DNA from: Mustelus asterias
Taxonomy: Eukaryota
Assembly (NCBI RefSeq): GCF_964213995.1
Contig: NC_135815.1
Coordinates: 85,684,001-85,748,000, forward strand
Direction of reading: 5' to 3'
Length of the DNA stretch: 64,000 nt
The notes below the pieces were generated by a model. That model saw nothing but the letters and a program-made list of their open reading frames with translations. It did not search any database and was not told the DNA's origin. Positions 1 through 13,685 of the stretch are shown here, piece after piece. A program made the translations under genes and the position numbers. The first letter of the stretch is position 1. Each line of letters starts with the position of its first letter.

Positions 1-1770
1 CAATCATGGCTGATATTTTTTCTCATCCCCATTCTCCTTTTTCCCATAACCCCTGATCCCCTTATTAATCAAGAACTTATTTATCTCTGTCTTAAAGACA
101 CTCAATACCTGGCCTTCACAGCCTTCTGCGGCAAAGAGTTCCACAGATTCACCACTCTCTGGCTGAAGCAATTCCTCCTCATCTCTGTTTTAAAGGATCA
201 TCCCTTTAGCCTGAAGTTATGCCCTCTAGTTCTAGTTTTTCCTACGAGTGGAAACATCCTCTCCACGTCAACTCTATCTAGGCCTCGCAGTATCCTGCAA
301 GTTTCAATAAGATCCCCCCCCCACCCCAATCCTTCTAAACTCCAACGAGTACAAACCCAGAGTCCTCCACCGTTCCTCATATGACACGCTCTTCATTCCA
401 CGGATCAGTCTTATGAACCTCCTCTGGACCCTTTCCAAGGCCAGCACATCCTACCTTAGATATGGAGCCCAAAACTACTCGCAGTACTCCAAATGGGGTC
501 TGACCAGAGCCTTATACAGCCTCAGAAGTATATCCCTGCTCTTGTATTCTAGTATTCAACATGAATGCTAACATTGCATTTGCCTTCCTAACTGCCGACT
601 GAACCTGCACGTTAACCTTAAGAGAGTCTTGAACAATGGCTTCCAAGTCCCTTTGTGTTTCTGATTTCCTCAGCATTTTCCCATCTAGAAAATAGTCTAT
701 GCCTCCATTCCTCCTTCCAAAATGCATAACCTCACACTTTTCCACATTGTATCCCATCTGCCACTTCTTTGCCCACTCTCCTAACCTGTCCAAGTCCTTC
801 TGCAGCCCCCTTGCTTCCTCAATACTACCTATCCCTTTACATATTTTTGTATCATCTGCAAACTTAGCAACAGTGCCTTAAGTTCCTTCCTTCAAATCAT
901 TAATGTATATTGTGAAAAGTTGTGGTCCCAGCACCGACCCCTGAGGCACATCACTAGTCACCGGCTGCCATCCTGAAAAAGACCCCTTTATCCCCACTCT
1001 CTGCCTTCAGCCAGTCAGCCAATCCTCTATCCATGCCAGGATCTTACCCTTAACACCATGGGCACTTAATTTATTTAACAGTCTCCTATGCAGCACCTTG
1101 TCAAAGGCCTTCTGGAAATCTAAATAAATCACGTGCTCATTCTCCTTTATCTAACTTCCTTGTTACCTCCTCAAAGAACTCTGACAGATTTGTCAGACAT
1201 GACCTCCCCTTGACGAAGCTGTGCTGACTCAGTCCTACTTTATCATGTACTTCCAAGTACTCTGCGATCTCATCTAAAATCTTGCCAATGACCAAAGTCA
1301 GGCTAACCAGCCTATAATTTCCCGTCTGTTGCCTCCCTCCCTTCTTGAACAGCGGTGTTACATTAGCTCCTCTCCAGTCCTCTGGTACCCTTTCTGCCAT
1401 GATGTGGAGATGCTGGCATTTCTGGTACCCTTCCTGCCTCCAGTGATGCCTAAAAGATCACCACCAATGCCTCCACAATTTCCTCAGCTATTTCTTTTAG
1501 AACCCTGAGGTGTAGTCCATCTGATTTATCCACATTCAGACCTTTCAGTTTCCTCAGAACCTTCTCCTTAGTGATGGCCACTACACTCACCTGTGCCTCC
1601 TGACTCTCCTGGAGCTCTGGCATGCCACTGGTGTCTTCCACCGTGAAGACTGATACAAAGTAATAGAATCATAGAAATCATAGAAACCCTACAGTGCAGA
1701 AGGAGGCCATTCAGCCCATCGAGTCTGCACCAGTTCTTCTGCCATTGCTTGGTTTCCTCTTATTTCCTTG
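1..1770 (-). mobile_element. Decayed CR1 LINE ORF2 3' part
   Basis: Broken minus-strand ORFs with CR1 RT motifs (PEDWRGANVTPLFKKG, NYRLVSLT, KCEVMHFG, TRGHNFRLKG). Confidence 0.85.
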
Positions 1771-1804
1771 TCACGAACCCTCATAATTAGGAACTAATTT
1801 ATTA

Positions 1805-3310
1805 GATCTTCTCTTAACTTTCCCTCTCATGAAATGAGCCATACCAGGGGACGTAATCTCATTTTATGGAGTTGGCCATTTAAGACTGAGATGAGGAGAA
1901 ATTTCTTCATTCAGGGGTTATGATTCTTTGGAACTCTCAAGTGGATAGTGTGGTGAAGAAGACATATGAAGTGCTTGCCTTCATTAGCCGGGGCATAGAG
2001 TGCAGAAGCGGGGAGGTCTTGGTACAACTTTATAAAACATTGATGCGGCCACAGATAGAATATTGTGTGCAGTTCTGGTTGCCACACAATTGAAAGGGTG
2101 TGATTGCACTGGAGAGGGTACAGAGGAGATTCACCAGGATGTTGCCCTAGATGGAAAGTTTCAAGTGTGAGGAGAGACTGGATAGGCTGGGTTTGTTTTC
2201 CCTGAAGCTGAGGGGGGATCTGGTAGAGGTATACAAAATTATGAGAGGCATAGATAGGGTAGATTGTAAGACCCTTTTCCAATGGCAGAGGTATCTTAAG
2301 ACCAGAGGGCATAGGTCTAAGGTGAGGAGTAAGTAGAGGGGACCTGAGGATTCTTTTTCACTCAGGGTAGTGGTAAAATGGAACTGCTGCTTGAGAGGGT
2401 GGTGGAGGCAGGTACTCTTGCTACATTTAAGAAGCATACGGGCAAGCACTTAAATCACCAAGGCATAGTACACTATGGACCAAGTGCTGGTAAATGAGGT
2501 TAGTATAAAAACATAAGAACTAGGAGCAGGAGTAAACCACCTGGCCCCTCGAGCCTGCTGCGCCATTCAATAAGATCATGGCTGATCTTTTCATGGACTC
2601 AGCTCTACTTACCCGCCTGCTCACCATAACCCTTAATTCCTTTACTGTTCAAAAATTTATCTATTCTTGCCTTAAAAACATTCAATGAGGCAGCCTCAAC
2701 TGCTTCACTGGGCAGGGAATTCAGTCCTAAATCTGCTTCCCCTTATTTTGAGGCTATGCCCCCTCGTTCTAGTTTCACCTGCCAGTGGAAACAACTTCCC
2801 TGCTTCTATCCTATCTATTCCCTTCATAATCTTATATGTTTCTATAAGATCACCCCTCATTCTTCTGAATTCCAATGAGCATAGCCCCAGTCTACTCAGT
2901 CTCTCCTCATAAGCCAACCCTCTCAACTCCGAAATCAACCTAGTGAATCTCCTCTGCACCCCCTCCAGTGCCAGTATATCCTTTCTCAAGTAAGGAGACC
3001 AAAACTGTACACAGTACTCCAGGTGTGGCCTCACCAGCACCTTATACAGCTGCAAAATAACCTCACTGTTTTTAAACTCCATCCCTCCAGCAATGAAGGA
3101 CAAAATTCCATTTGCAGTATTCTTAGTATAAATTGGTATTTGATGGTCAGCATAAACATAGATGTGGAAGCTCAATCATTGAGCATGTTTAAAACAGAAA
3201 TATCTGGGGATATGGAGATAGCACAGAAAAGTGGTGTTAAGGTAGAAGATCAGCCGTGATCTAATTGAATGGCGGAACAGGTTCAATGGGCTGAATAGCC
3301 TACTCCTGTC
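1805..3310. mobile_element. Cluster of nested CR1 3' fragments (about 1805-2505 +, 2510-3115 -, 3120-3310 +)
   Basis: RPHLEYCVQFWSP and RGDLIETYKI motifs on both strands; CR1-type 3' tails. Confidence 0.8.
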
Positions 3311-3797
3311 CAATCATTCTATTTCTCTTAATTTCTCCTTATACTGTAACTGTGGTCTCTGATTTGTTTTTATGATACATTCATGGGATGTGAATTTTGC
3401 TGGCAAGGCCAGGAATTATTGCCAAAATCCGAATTCTCCTTGAGAAGGCGATTGTGAGCACAGTCTTGAACTGCTGCAATTCATGTGCAATCGGTACACA
3501 CTGTGCTGTTTGGGAATTTGACCTGGCAACAGTGAAGGTGGTGTGTGAAATGGAGGGGAACCTGCAGGCATCATGTTCGAGGTGGTATAAGTTGTGGATT
3601 TGGCAGTAGCCGCCAAAGAACCTTTGGCAAATAGCTGCAGTGTATCTGTAGTTGATGCCACTTTGCCTCTGTGGTCGAGGAATTAAAAGTTTAAGGTGGA
3701 AGATGGGTTGTCAATCAAGTAGACTGTTTTGTCCTGAAGGTTGTTGAGCTTCTTGAATGTTGTTGGAGCTGCATTCATCCAGGCAATTGGAAAGTAT

Positions 3798-4589
3798 TGT
3801 GATGGAATCCAGGGTTTCAACGCTTGTATTTTTTGAGAGAGAATCTAATAGTATAGGGAAACTGACCTTTCTGGTTTCTAAGGAAACAAAGACTGAAACC
3901 GAGATTGGAAACCCAAACTTCTGGGGAGATTGCAACTGGATGAAAGGGTACGGAGCCATCAGAGCTCTGACAATAATCTCAGTCGTACAGTATCGACAAG
4001 TTGAAGAAGACGGAAGCTTGATCCATAAACTGAGAATAGGCAAATGTACCATTGCTGCGGCTGTTTGTGAAGGTAATGTTGATAGATCTATGGCATCCAG
4101 ACTGCCGTAAGCAGAGTTGAGGGAGTTCTGAAGAGGTGTTCTATTTTTGGTGAAGTCTATGCCCATGGAACTTGGTTTGGTTTGTGCCCGTGTCGCCTGG
4201 AGATCAGATTAAATCCTAGAAGAAAAGGAGCTGAAATTCTTTGTGAGGAAGACAGTTTTGAAGGACTTTGTGACTCAGATTGATGACTTATATGTTGAGT
4301 GTACTGCTGAACCAAATCATAAGATCTGTTTTAGTTGTGTCTGCTTTTTAATGTGTAATTTATAGTGTATATTTGATCACATTTTTCCTGTTTAGTCATA
4401 CTTAATAAGTGTTAATCCTGGGTTTTCGCATATAGATGGTTATCTAAACTGTTTGCTTTGTTTGATTCTTGTATAGTAAAAAAATCTTTTGGTTTTAAAC
4501 AGTGGAATCCTGCAGCTTCACTCTTTTAGTAAACAGCTGGGATTTCTGATTTTTATTTAAAGTAACTGGCCTCGACCAACATCGTAACA
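3798..4589. mobile_element. Probable solo LTR inside an old LINE fragment
   Basis: Starts TGTGATG, ends CGTAACA, about 790 bp, and interrupts a continuous old LINE sequence (3380-3797, 4590-5050). No clean TSD seen. Confidence 0.5.
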
Positions 4590-4830
4590 CCATCCTTAGG
4601 CCTTATAGATGGTGGGCCAGCTTTTGGGGGTGGTTAGTTGCAGAATTCCCAATCTGTTAACCTGCTCTTGCGGCCACGGTATTTATATGACTGATCCAGC
4701 TAACTACGTGATAAGTGGTAATGCCCTGGATGTTGATGGGGGATTCGGTGATGGTAATGTCATTGAATGTCAAAGAGCGACGGTTAGATTCTTTCTTGTT
4801 GGAGATCGTCATTGGCTGGCATTTGTGTCA

Positions 4831-4928
4831 CGATGTGGAGATGCCGGCGTTGGACTGGGGTAAACACAGTAAGAAGTTTAACAACACCAGGTTAAAGTCC
4901 AACAGGTTTATTTGGTAGCAAAAGCCAC
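4831..4928 (-). mobile_element. Short Penelope-like terminal fragment
   Basis: Near-identical to the terminus of the element at 55388 (cgatgtggagatgccggcgttggactggggtaaacacagtaagaag...). Confidence 0.85.
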
Positions 4929-5584
4929 ACACAGGTTACTTGCCACTTTTCAGCCCAAACCTAAATGTTGCCCAGGTTTTTCTGCATGTGGGCACAAGCT
5001 GCTCTATTGTCTGAGAAGTTGCAAATGGAACTGAAAACAATTCAATCGTCCCATTGATTCCTTTTTACTTACTTTTGAAATTTAACAACTGGGCATACAC
5101 TCCTTCATCTCCTAATGCAAATTTGTATCTATGTCTTAATTACTTAAGAGCATCCAACTTCGCCCTATTCACTTCAAATCTGTGTCTTTCACATCTTTTG
5201 ATATTCTAAGTCTTCAGTTTCATTAGTTACACTCAGCCCCCACAATCCTGCTTCACAGAGTACAGCATACCCCAAAAATATTAAAAACTAATATCCTCCT
5301 CTTCACAGACGTGAAATACTAGTTAACCCTGTAAAAGACAAGTATATTTACTCTTGCTAAAAACCGAATATAATGAAATACACTCAAACATCAGAATTGG
5401 ATATTTATTAGCTTATGCAGATATCAGCAATCAAAACCATGCAATGCAAAGTTCTGTTCTATCATGGACTACTTAACACTCAAAATATGGCATGAGATTT
5501 TATATATAATTATCCCTAAGCAGTCATCTTCTGGTCATTGTAGTCCCTTTAGTGATTGACCAACTCACTATTTCCTCTGTCAGT

Positions 5585-8500
5585 AAAGGTTAAAGTTTAT
5601 TTATTAGTCTCGAGGAGGCTTACATTAACACCAATGAAATTTTTTTTATTTCAAATATTCAAATATTCATTTAAAAAAATTCTCAAATAAGCCATTGCAA
5701 AACGACATATCCAATAATTACAAACAGCGTAAAAAAAGACCATTCATTTTTACAATACTACACGATGTTCATTTACAGGACATTGCATTAATTTCATTTC
5801 AGTACTTGAAACTATATACATTCATTAGGTTTTACTGTGTGCTGTTTTTCAGATTAGCACACAGTTACGCAGTCCGAGGGTGTTCTGCAGTTACCAGGCC
5901 CTCGGTCTGCCTCGGCTGAAAAGCTTTACACGGTGGCCTTTCCCCTTTGTGGCAGCTGCCCCAAGCTTGAGCGGGTCCCTCAGCACGTAGTCCTGGACCT
6001 TGGAATGTGCCAGTCTGCAACACTCGGTCGAGGACAAATCTTTCAACTGGAAGATCAGCAAGCTTCGGGTGGACCAAAGTGTGTCCTTCACCGAGTTGAT
6101 GACCCTCCAGCAGCAGTTGATATTTGTCTCGGTGTGCGTCCCTGGAAACAGCCCGTAGAGCACAGAGTCCTACATCACAGAGCTGTTCGGGATGAACCTC
6201 GACAAATACCACTGCATCTCACTCCAGACCTTCTTTGCAAAGGCACATTCCAAAAGGAGATGTGTGACCGTCTCATCACCCCCGCAGCCGCGTCGAGGGC
6301 AGCGTGCAGTGGTGTTGAGACCTCGAGCATGCATAAAAGATCTGACGGGAAGTGCCCTTCTCGCCACCAGCCAAGCCAGATCTTGGTGCTTGTTTGTGAG
6401 TTCTGGTGATGAGGCATTCTGCCAGATGTCACTGACAGTTTGCTCAGGGAACCATCCGACAGGATCCTCCATCTCCGTTTCTCTCAGGGCCTCAAGGACA
6501 TTACGTGCTGACGACTGCTTGATCGCCATGTGGTCAAAGGTGTGTTTTCGGAAAAATTTCTCCACGAAGGACAGATGCTGCAGTACAGTCCAACTACTTG
6601 GAGCATTCCGCGGCAGTGTGGCCAGACCCGTCCTCCGCAACACTTGGGACAGGTAGAACCTCAAAACGTTGTGGCACTTGCTGTTAGCATACCGAGGATC
6701 TACACACAGCTTGATGCAGCCGCACACAAAGGTGGCCATCAGGATGAGGGTGGCGTTGGGAACGTTTTTCCCTCCTTTTTCCAGAGATTTGTGCATCGCT
6801 TCCCTCTGGACACGATCCATCTTTAATCTCCATATAAATTTGAAGATAGCCTGGGTGACTGCTGCTGCGCAGGATTTGGGAATAGGCCAGACCTGCGCCA
6901 CGTACAACAACATGGACAGTACCTCACACTGGATGACCAGGTTTTTTCTGGTGATAGAGAGGGAGCGTTGCTCCCACAAGCCCAATTTTTGCCTCACTTT
7001 TGCAATGCACTCTTCCCAGTTTTTGGCACATGCCCCTGGCGCTCCAAACCATATCCCCAGCACCTTAAGATAGTCTGCCCTGACAGCGAGGGGACAAAGG
7101 ATCTGTCAACCCAGTTACCAAAGAACATGGCCTCGCTCTTACCCCGGTTGATTTTGGCTCCCGAGGCCCGCTTGAACTGCTCACAGACTTGGAGAAGCCT
7201 GCGAACAGACGAGGGGTCCGAGCAGAAGACAGCCAGGTCATCCATGTAGAGGGAGGCTTTGACCTGCGTGCCTCCGCTGCCTGGGATGGTAACCCCTTTG
7301 ATGCCTGGGTCCCTTCTGAGGGCCTCGGCAAAGGGTTCAATGCAACACACAAAAAGGATGGAGGAGAGAAGGCAGCCCTGTCTGACTCCAGACCTGATCT
7401 GAAACCTATCTGATTCCCACCCATTGATTGAAACTGCGCTACTGATGTCTGTGTAGAGCAGTTGGATCCAATTGCAGATTCCCTCCCCAAAGCCCATTTT
7501 GGAGAGCACATCCATCATGTAGCTGTGCAATATTCTGGCAAACGCCTTCTCCTGGTCTAGGCTGATGAGGCAGGTATCCACCTGCCTGTCCTGCACGTAG
7601 GCGATTGTATCCGTGAGTAGCACGAGGCTATCAGAGATCTTCCTGGCGGGTACAGCACAGGTTTGATCAGGATGGATCACTGACCCCAGGGCAGACTTGA
7701 CCCGGTTGGCGATGACCTTGGGCTAGAATTTTATAGTCCACGTTCAATAGTGAAATGGGTTGCCAATTTCTAATTTCTTCCCTTTCCCCCTTCTGCTTGT
7801 AGATGAGGGTAATGATGCCTTTCCTCATGGATTCTGACATGCTGCCTTCCAGAAGCATACTCTTGTATACTTCCAGCAGGTCCGGGCCCGTCAACTCCCA
7901 CAACGCCGAGTAAAACTCAGCCGGTAAGCCATCGCTTCCGGGAGTTTTACCCTTCTGAAAGGACTCGACAGCCTTTGTCAGCTCATCCAGAGATACCAGT
8001 CTGTCCAGGCTCTCCCGCTCGCCGTCGTCTGAGACCCGTGTGAAAGATGACAGGAAAGACTGGGAGGCCGTGCTGTCTGTTGGCTTCAGGTCATACATTC
8101 CAGCATAGAAGGATTTGCAGATCCTCAGAATGTCAGACTGCGATGACCTTACAGAGCCATCTTCTTCCTTCAGGCTGCTGATCACAGAGGTTTCTCTGTG
8201 CACCTTTTGGAAGAAGAAATGCGAGCACGTTTCATCCTGCTCCACGGAGCGGACCCTGGATCAGAAGATGACCTTGGAGGCCTCCGAGGCAAAGAGTGAG
8301 GCTTGCTGGCTCTTCACCTCCCGGAGATCCTCCTTGACATCAACCCCCATCGACTGCAGTTGGAGTAGATTCTGCATGCTTTTCTGGAGTCGGGACATTT
8401 CCCCCCGTCTCTCCCTGGCCTTCTGAACTCCTTTGCGGATGAAGAACCTCTTGATGTTGTCCTTGATGGTTTCCCACCAGAGCGATGGAGACTCAAAGAA

Positions 8501-8635
8501 GGGTTTCACGGTTCTCCAACCGTGGTAAACCCTTTTAACACCAATGAAATTACTGTGAAAATCCCCTAGTCACCATAGTCCAGCGCCTGTTTGGGTACAC
8601 TGAGGGAGAATTTAGCATGGCCAATGCACCTAACA
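5585..8635 (-). mobile_element. SINE 3' portion (second tail type) split by the Tx1 insertion
   Basis: 5585-5641 joined to 8552-8635 reconstitutes the reverse complement of the SINE tail seen at 41070-41196. Confidence 0.75.
5642..8534 (-). mobile_element. 5'-truncated, frameshifted Tx1-clade non-LTR retrotransposon
   Basis: Successive ORF pieces with KTPGSDGLPAEFY, PISLLNVDYKILA, SLDQEKAF, GVRQGC, YMDD and a C-terminal CPRRGC..ETVTHLLLEC zinc knuckle. A-rich tail near 5642. 17-bp TSD ttaacaccaatgaaatt at 5625-5641 and 8535-8551. Confidence 0.9.
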
Positions 8636-9404
8636 GTGAGGCTTACTTAACCTGTCTTTGCCGCCTTGTCCAACAGTGGACAGTCTCACTGTCCTATCAA
8701 AATCCCACTTGGTTACAATATCCAGTGGTATGTTGAGGGTTTTTTTAAAACCACGGAATTAAAGCCTGCTTTTGTTGTCCATTCTCCTCAAGCTTCGAGA
8801 GCTGTCACACATATCTTCTACCTTTGCACAACTAAGCTTTTACTTTATCTTTCCCTATCTCATTCTAGGCAGTTCTCCACAAATCTCAAAATCCAGTCTC
8901 TATCCTGCAGGCTGACTTTCCGAGCTTCCTCGCTTGTGTTCATTTGCTACAATCAGTTATGCTCAGAATTGTTCACTATGGTTATCCAGTCCAAATACCT
9001 AATGATCTTATCAGACTGCTGAATTCATTCTAAGGGACATACTAATTAGCTTTGCATTCCAACAAGTATAATGACTTAACAGAGCTTCAAAATATGATTG
9101 TTTGTTTTCTTTAACTCTCTTTTATAACAGTGGGCCTCACAGCCAAACATTCCATGAGCTGGAGAATCTTGTTTTGCCTTGTGTGAAAAGGAAGCTTGTA
9201 AAATTTAGCACGCATTTTACTTTGAAAAGTCTTTCAATCATGCAAAGTATGCTGGTAGTGTTTGGTTAACTACAGTGACGTGTATTCTTACAGGCTTCAG
9301 ATGGAACAGTGTGTTCAGTTTTGGCATCAGACTTTAGGAAGGTGTCATAGCCTTGGAAGAGTACAAAGAAGATATGCTGGAATGATGGCTGAGATCGGGG
9401 TTTT

Positions 9405-9730
9405 CATAGAAATCCTACAGTGCAGAAGGAGGCCATTCGGCCCATCAAGTCTGCACTGACAACAATCCCATCTAGGCCTTATCCCCGTAACCCCACATAT
9501 TTACCTGCTAAGCCCTCTAATCTACACATCCTGGGACACTAAGGGGTAATTTAGCATGGCCAATGAACCTAACCCGCACATCTTTGGACTGTGGGAGCAA
9601 ACCAAAGTACCCGGAAGAAACCCACGCAGACACAGGGAGAACGTACAGACAATCACCCAAGCCGGGAATCAAAACCAGGTTCCTGGAGCTGTGAGGCATC
9701 AGTGCTAACCACTGTGCCACCGTGCTGCCC
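9405..9730 (-). mobile_element. HE1-like tRNA-derived SINE with CR1-type tail
   Basis: Head with A/B-box-like GTGGCACAGTGGTTAGCAC and GGTTTTGATTCC, shared central core, tail GGGCCGAATGGCCTCCTTCTGCACTGTAGG. Confidence 0.85.
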
Positions 9731-10166
9731 CCAAGTTATGTAGAGAAGCTGGTTTTATTCTCCTTCGAGCAGAGAAGGTTAAGAGTTGGTCAAAATCGGG
9801 AATAATTTTTGTAAAGTAATTAAGGAAAATCTGTTTTTAGTGGCAGGAGGGTCAGTAACTAGAGTACATGGATTTCAAATGATTGGCAAAAGAAACAGAG
9901 GTGACACAAAGGAACATTTTTAATAAACTCAGTGAATTGTTGTAGAATGCAATGTCTGCTGGGTGGTGAGAGCAGAATTTGATAGTAATGCTCAAGAGGA
10001 TTGGATAAATAATTGAAAAGAAAAGAAAATACAATGCTGTACTGAAAGAGCAACGGTATGGGATTAATTAGATAGCTCTGTCAAAGAGAAAGCACAGGCG
10101 GATGGGCTGAAAGTCCATTCTATGATTCTATCTTCCTTTATCTTGATCTTTTCCCTTGTTCCACAG

Positions 10167-10264
10167 GACATCGATGATTGCATATTAGAAAATTATGCAG
10201 AATGCAGCAACCCTAGGGTGTTCTACATTATTCCATATTTTTGTGGGCAGCATCCCAAATGCAG
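10167..10264 (+). CDS. UST: UST-family (uronyl 2-O-sulfotransferase) internal coding exon, 98 bp
   Basis: Polypyrimidine tract ending ccacag, donor AG|gtgaga. Translates DIDDCILENYAECSNPRVFYIIPYFCGQHPKC(R), closely resembling the vertebrate UST segment DINECILENYPECSNPRLFYIIPYFCGQHPRCR as I recall it. Phase 2 end fits the next exon. Confidence 0.93.
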
Positions 10265-10399
10265 GTGAGATAAATTCAGCATTTCTTTTTTTCATTTTCT
10301 AATTTATGACTGCACATCCTTTATTCAGCTTTGAAGAAACAAGCTTGAACCTTATGAGAAAGTGACATCAGAATGGATATGGGAACTTAAGACAATTAA

Positions 10400-11800
10400 T
10401 ATCTTAGGTGAAGCCTGAACTTGGATAAGGAATTGGCTGGAACTAATGAAGCAGTGCATATTGGGTCAGTCAGTTTGGGCTGGAATGATACACTGAGGGA
10501 TCGCTGCTGGGGCGATGTAATGAATGGAGTGTTGCATGGTGAGGTTCTAGTATAACATGTCGTGGACAGATACAGAGGATAATCAGAAAGACTAATAAAA
10601 TGCTGGACTAGAGTACAAGAGGATAGAAGTTGTGTTACAGCTATACAAAGCTATAGAGCACAACTGGTGTAATGTGATCGGTTCTGGATGTTGCACCTTA
10701 GGAAGGATGTATTTGTCTTGGAAGGAGTGCCCAGTAAATGAACCAATTTAATACCTGGACTCCAAACATTCCATGACACAAACAAGGGTTGTATTCTCTG
10801 GAATATAAAAAAATTAAGGGAGATGTGATTAAAGTTTTCAAGATATAGAGGGTGGGGAGTTCAACTGGTTGGGGAGTCTAGGATGAGGGGACACAGTTTA
10901 AAAATTAAAGCCAAACCTTTCAAGAGTGAAATTAGGAAACACTTCTAAACGTAAATGTTGGTAGAAATTTGGAATCCATTTTCTCCAAGGGCAGTTGATG
11001 TTAGATCAATCGTTAATTTTAAATCTGATATTGACAGAGCTTTAATCAAAGGTATTAAAGGATATGGAGCAAAATATGGTATGTGGAGTTAGATCACAGA
11101 TCAGCCATGATCTCATTCAGTGTTGGAATAGGCTTGAGGGGCTGAATGGCTGACCCCTGTTCCTGTGTTCCGAGAGTCTGCAGTCTCTGCGGCATTACAG
11201 AACGACCTAGGCAATTGAGCTGAAGTCTAGAAGATACAATTCAATGCAGATATGTTTTAAGGAATGTTCAAAACAAGAATGGGAGAATGATGTTATGTTA
11301 GCTCGGGGAGAGGGTGGGAACCTTGTGAGACTGATCACAGAATCAATACTCACCATGTTAAGTCATTATAGGGAAGAAATCAACAAAGCAAATGGACTGC
11401 TGAGCTATTCTACCAGTATGGTAGAGTACAAGTCTCTGGCCACCATGCTGAAATTGCACAACACGCTGGTCAGACAACGCCATGAATACTGTGTTCATTC
11501 CTCATCACAGAGACACAAAGAGAATTTCCAAGCTCTGCTAGGGGTTCTGATCACTTGTGTCAGAGGGGCTGAATTATGGAGGAAAAGGTCCTGAAAGGAG
11601 GCAGTGGATCAAAGTGGAATAGAAAAGGTTATTCGTGATCTTAATTTGAAGCTAGGCCAGGACGAGGGGATGTGGCTATAAGCCAGGTAAATCAAGTTCA
11701 GGACTGATGTGAAGAACTATCTCACCACACTATGATCAATACCGAAAATGGGTCTGGGGAGTGAAGCGGAAGCAGGACCTGCATCATTCAAGGGGCGGGT
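10400..11800 (+). mobile_element. Old CR1 fragments in the UST intron
   Basis: Degenerate RT C-terminal motifs (VEYKS..LVRQRHEYCVH) and a CR1-type 3' tail near 11100-11170. Confidence 0.7.
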
Positions 11801-11922
11801 GAATGCTGTTCCGGGAGGTGACAGATGTTCTGTGTATTAATTACAATGATTTTACATTCCAATTGAAAGTGACTGGATAATAATCAGCACTATGCCTTTA
11901 TTCAATGTTCTCAATTTTAAAG

Positions 11923-12080
11923 GGATCCAGGGGAGTGGGCGTTGCAGAGAGCCAAAGAGAACATGAATGAGAATTACCTGCTCGTGGGAATTCTAGAAGA
12001 ATTGGAAGATGTATTGCTTTTACTGGAGCGACTTTTACCTCATTACTTCAAAGATGCTAGTGCTGTGTATCATAGTGAAG
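11923..12080 (+). CDS. UST: UST-family penultimate coding exon, 158 bp
   Basis: Acceptor ttttaaag|G, donor GAAG|gtaata. Translates (R)DPGEWALQRAKENMNENYLLVGILEELEDVLLLLERLLPHYFKDASAVYHSE(E). Phases are compatible with both neighbouring exons. Confidence 0.93.
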
Positions 12081-12389
12081 GTAATATTTGCCACTGTTTC
12101 TATTTCATTAGCCTGTACAAATGTTTGTTTAAAAGTTGTAACTAGTGCCTTGTTTTATTTCTATAAATATCACGTGCTGCAAATGCAGCAGACTGGCATT
12201 TTACCTGAGCTCTTATAACCTGGCTCAACCAGATCTTTCAGTAAGTTGTGAATAAATTGTGGGTTTGTTTATTGAGCTTACTCTTGCGAAGAAAGTACGT
12301 CAAAAGTCTAATGTGCTTTAAAGTGAGGGTATCTGAAATAAGTGGTTTTCAACAGTGAAATAGTGAGATAATGTAAATCCATTGATATA

Positions 12390-12900
12390 AAGATACATAT
12401 GTGCAGTTTTGGTCTCCTTATTTAAGGAAGGTTGTACATGCTTTGGGGGCAGTTCACTAGATTGATACCTGGAATGAGCAGATTGTTTTATGAGGATAGG
12501 TTGGACATGCTGAGCTGGTTTCCACTGGAGTTTAGAAGAGTGAGTCATGACTTGATTGAAGGATGTAAGATCCTGAATGGGATTGACAAGGTAGACGTGG
12601 AAAGGATGTTTCCTCTTGTGGGTGAGAGCAGAACTAGGGGACACTGTTTTAAAATTAGGGGTTGCTCATATAGGACAGAGATGAGAATATTTTTCTCATG
12701 AGGGTTGTCTGACTTTGGAACTCTGTCTCAGAACATGCTGAAAGCAGGGAGGCAGATACATTCTTCTTAGGCAAGAGAATTAAAGGTTATCCGGGGATGG
12801 ATGAGAATGCAGAACTCACAAACTGATCAGCCAAGATCTTATTGAATGGCGGAGCAGGCTCGAGGGACTGACTAGCCTACTTCTGTTTAATATGTTCGTA
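12390..12900 (+). mobile_element. CR1 3' fragment
   Basis: DLIEGCKILNGIDKVDVERMFPLVGESRTRGH followed by a CR1-type 3' UTR. Confidence 0.8.
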
Positions 12901-13685
12901 TTATAACCAGGTAGTTTGTGCAATAAGCTGGCAAAAGAGTCTAGAAGCTGAACGTGGATATAAGGAATTAGCTGGAGGATTTCTAGTTTAGAGGATTGGC
13001 CATTGGCCAAGGAAAAGGAGGTGGAATACCCACTAATTAGGGCTAGAAACAATGAGTGCATATCAAAACAGTGAAAAAAATGCAGCAGAGGTTCCCAGAA
13101 ACGTTGTCAGATTTAAGAGAAATTATTTATTAACAGCCTTGAAATGAGTCATTCAGTCCATCAATTCTTTGCCAGTGCTTTCACCACAAAAACAACCTAG
13201 ACAAAACCACAGTCCTTTTGTTCCCCGTACTGCTTTAATATACAAAGTCTAATTCCATTCTTCTGCTCACTCCCCATAATCCTTTAATATTCCACCCAAT
13301 CTAATTCCACTCTGTTCCTTCCTACCCATACTCTTCAATATTTGCAACTCTGAAGATTTCTGATCAGACAAATGGGGAAAAAACTATTTCCACATGTTGG
13401 TGAATTGGTAACTCGAGGCCATGAAAATGCAATTATCAAATGAACAAAGGGAGAAAAACTGGGACGATATTTCCTTGTATAGAGGGTTTTTGAGATATAG
13501 AAACAGTGACGAGAACAAAATTCATAATAGCTTCTAAAATGGTAAATATTTGAAAATTAAAAAAAATAAAAGGACAGGCAGATGGCATTAATTGGACAGA
13601 TATTTACCGACATGGCATGTGCCATTATGAACAGATTTCAGAAGATACAGGCTATGGTGGGGGTAACAGATCTGCTAACTGAGCT

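Noticed and set aside
3711-4166. 151-aa and 117-aa overlapping ORFs
   Set aside because: No recognisable domain or splice context, and they lie mostly within a probable solo LTR.
1-10166. Upstream UST exons
   Set aside because: I found no segment encoding the expected preceding motifs (such as INIIRDP or RRFGD); they probably lie before the window.
11942-12145. ORF-track boundaries as the UST exon
   Set aside because: Similarity and splice sites define 11923-12080; the rest of the ORF reads into the intron.
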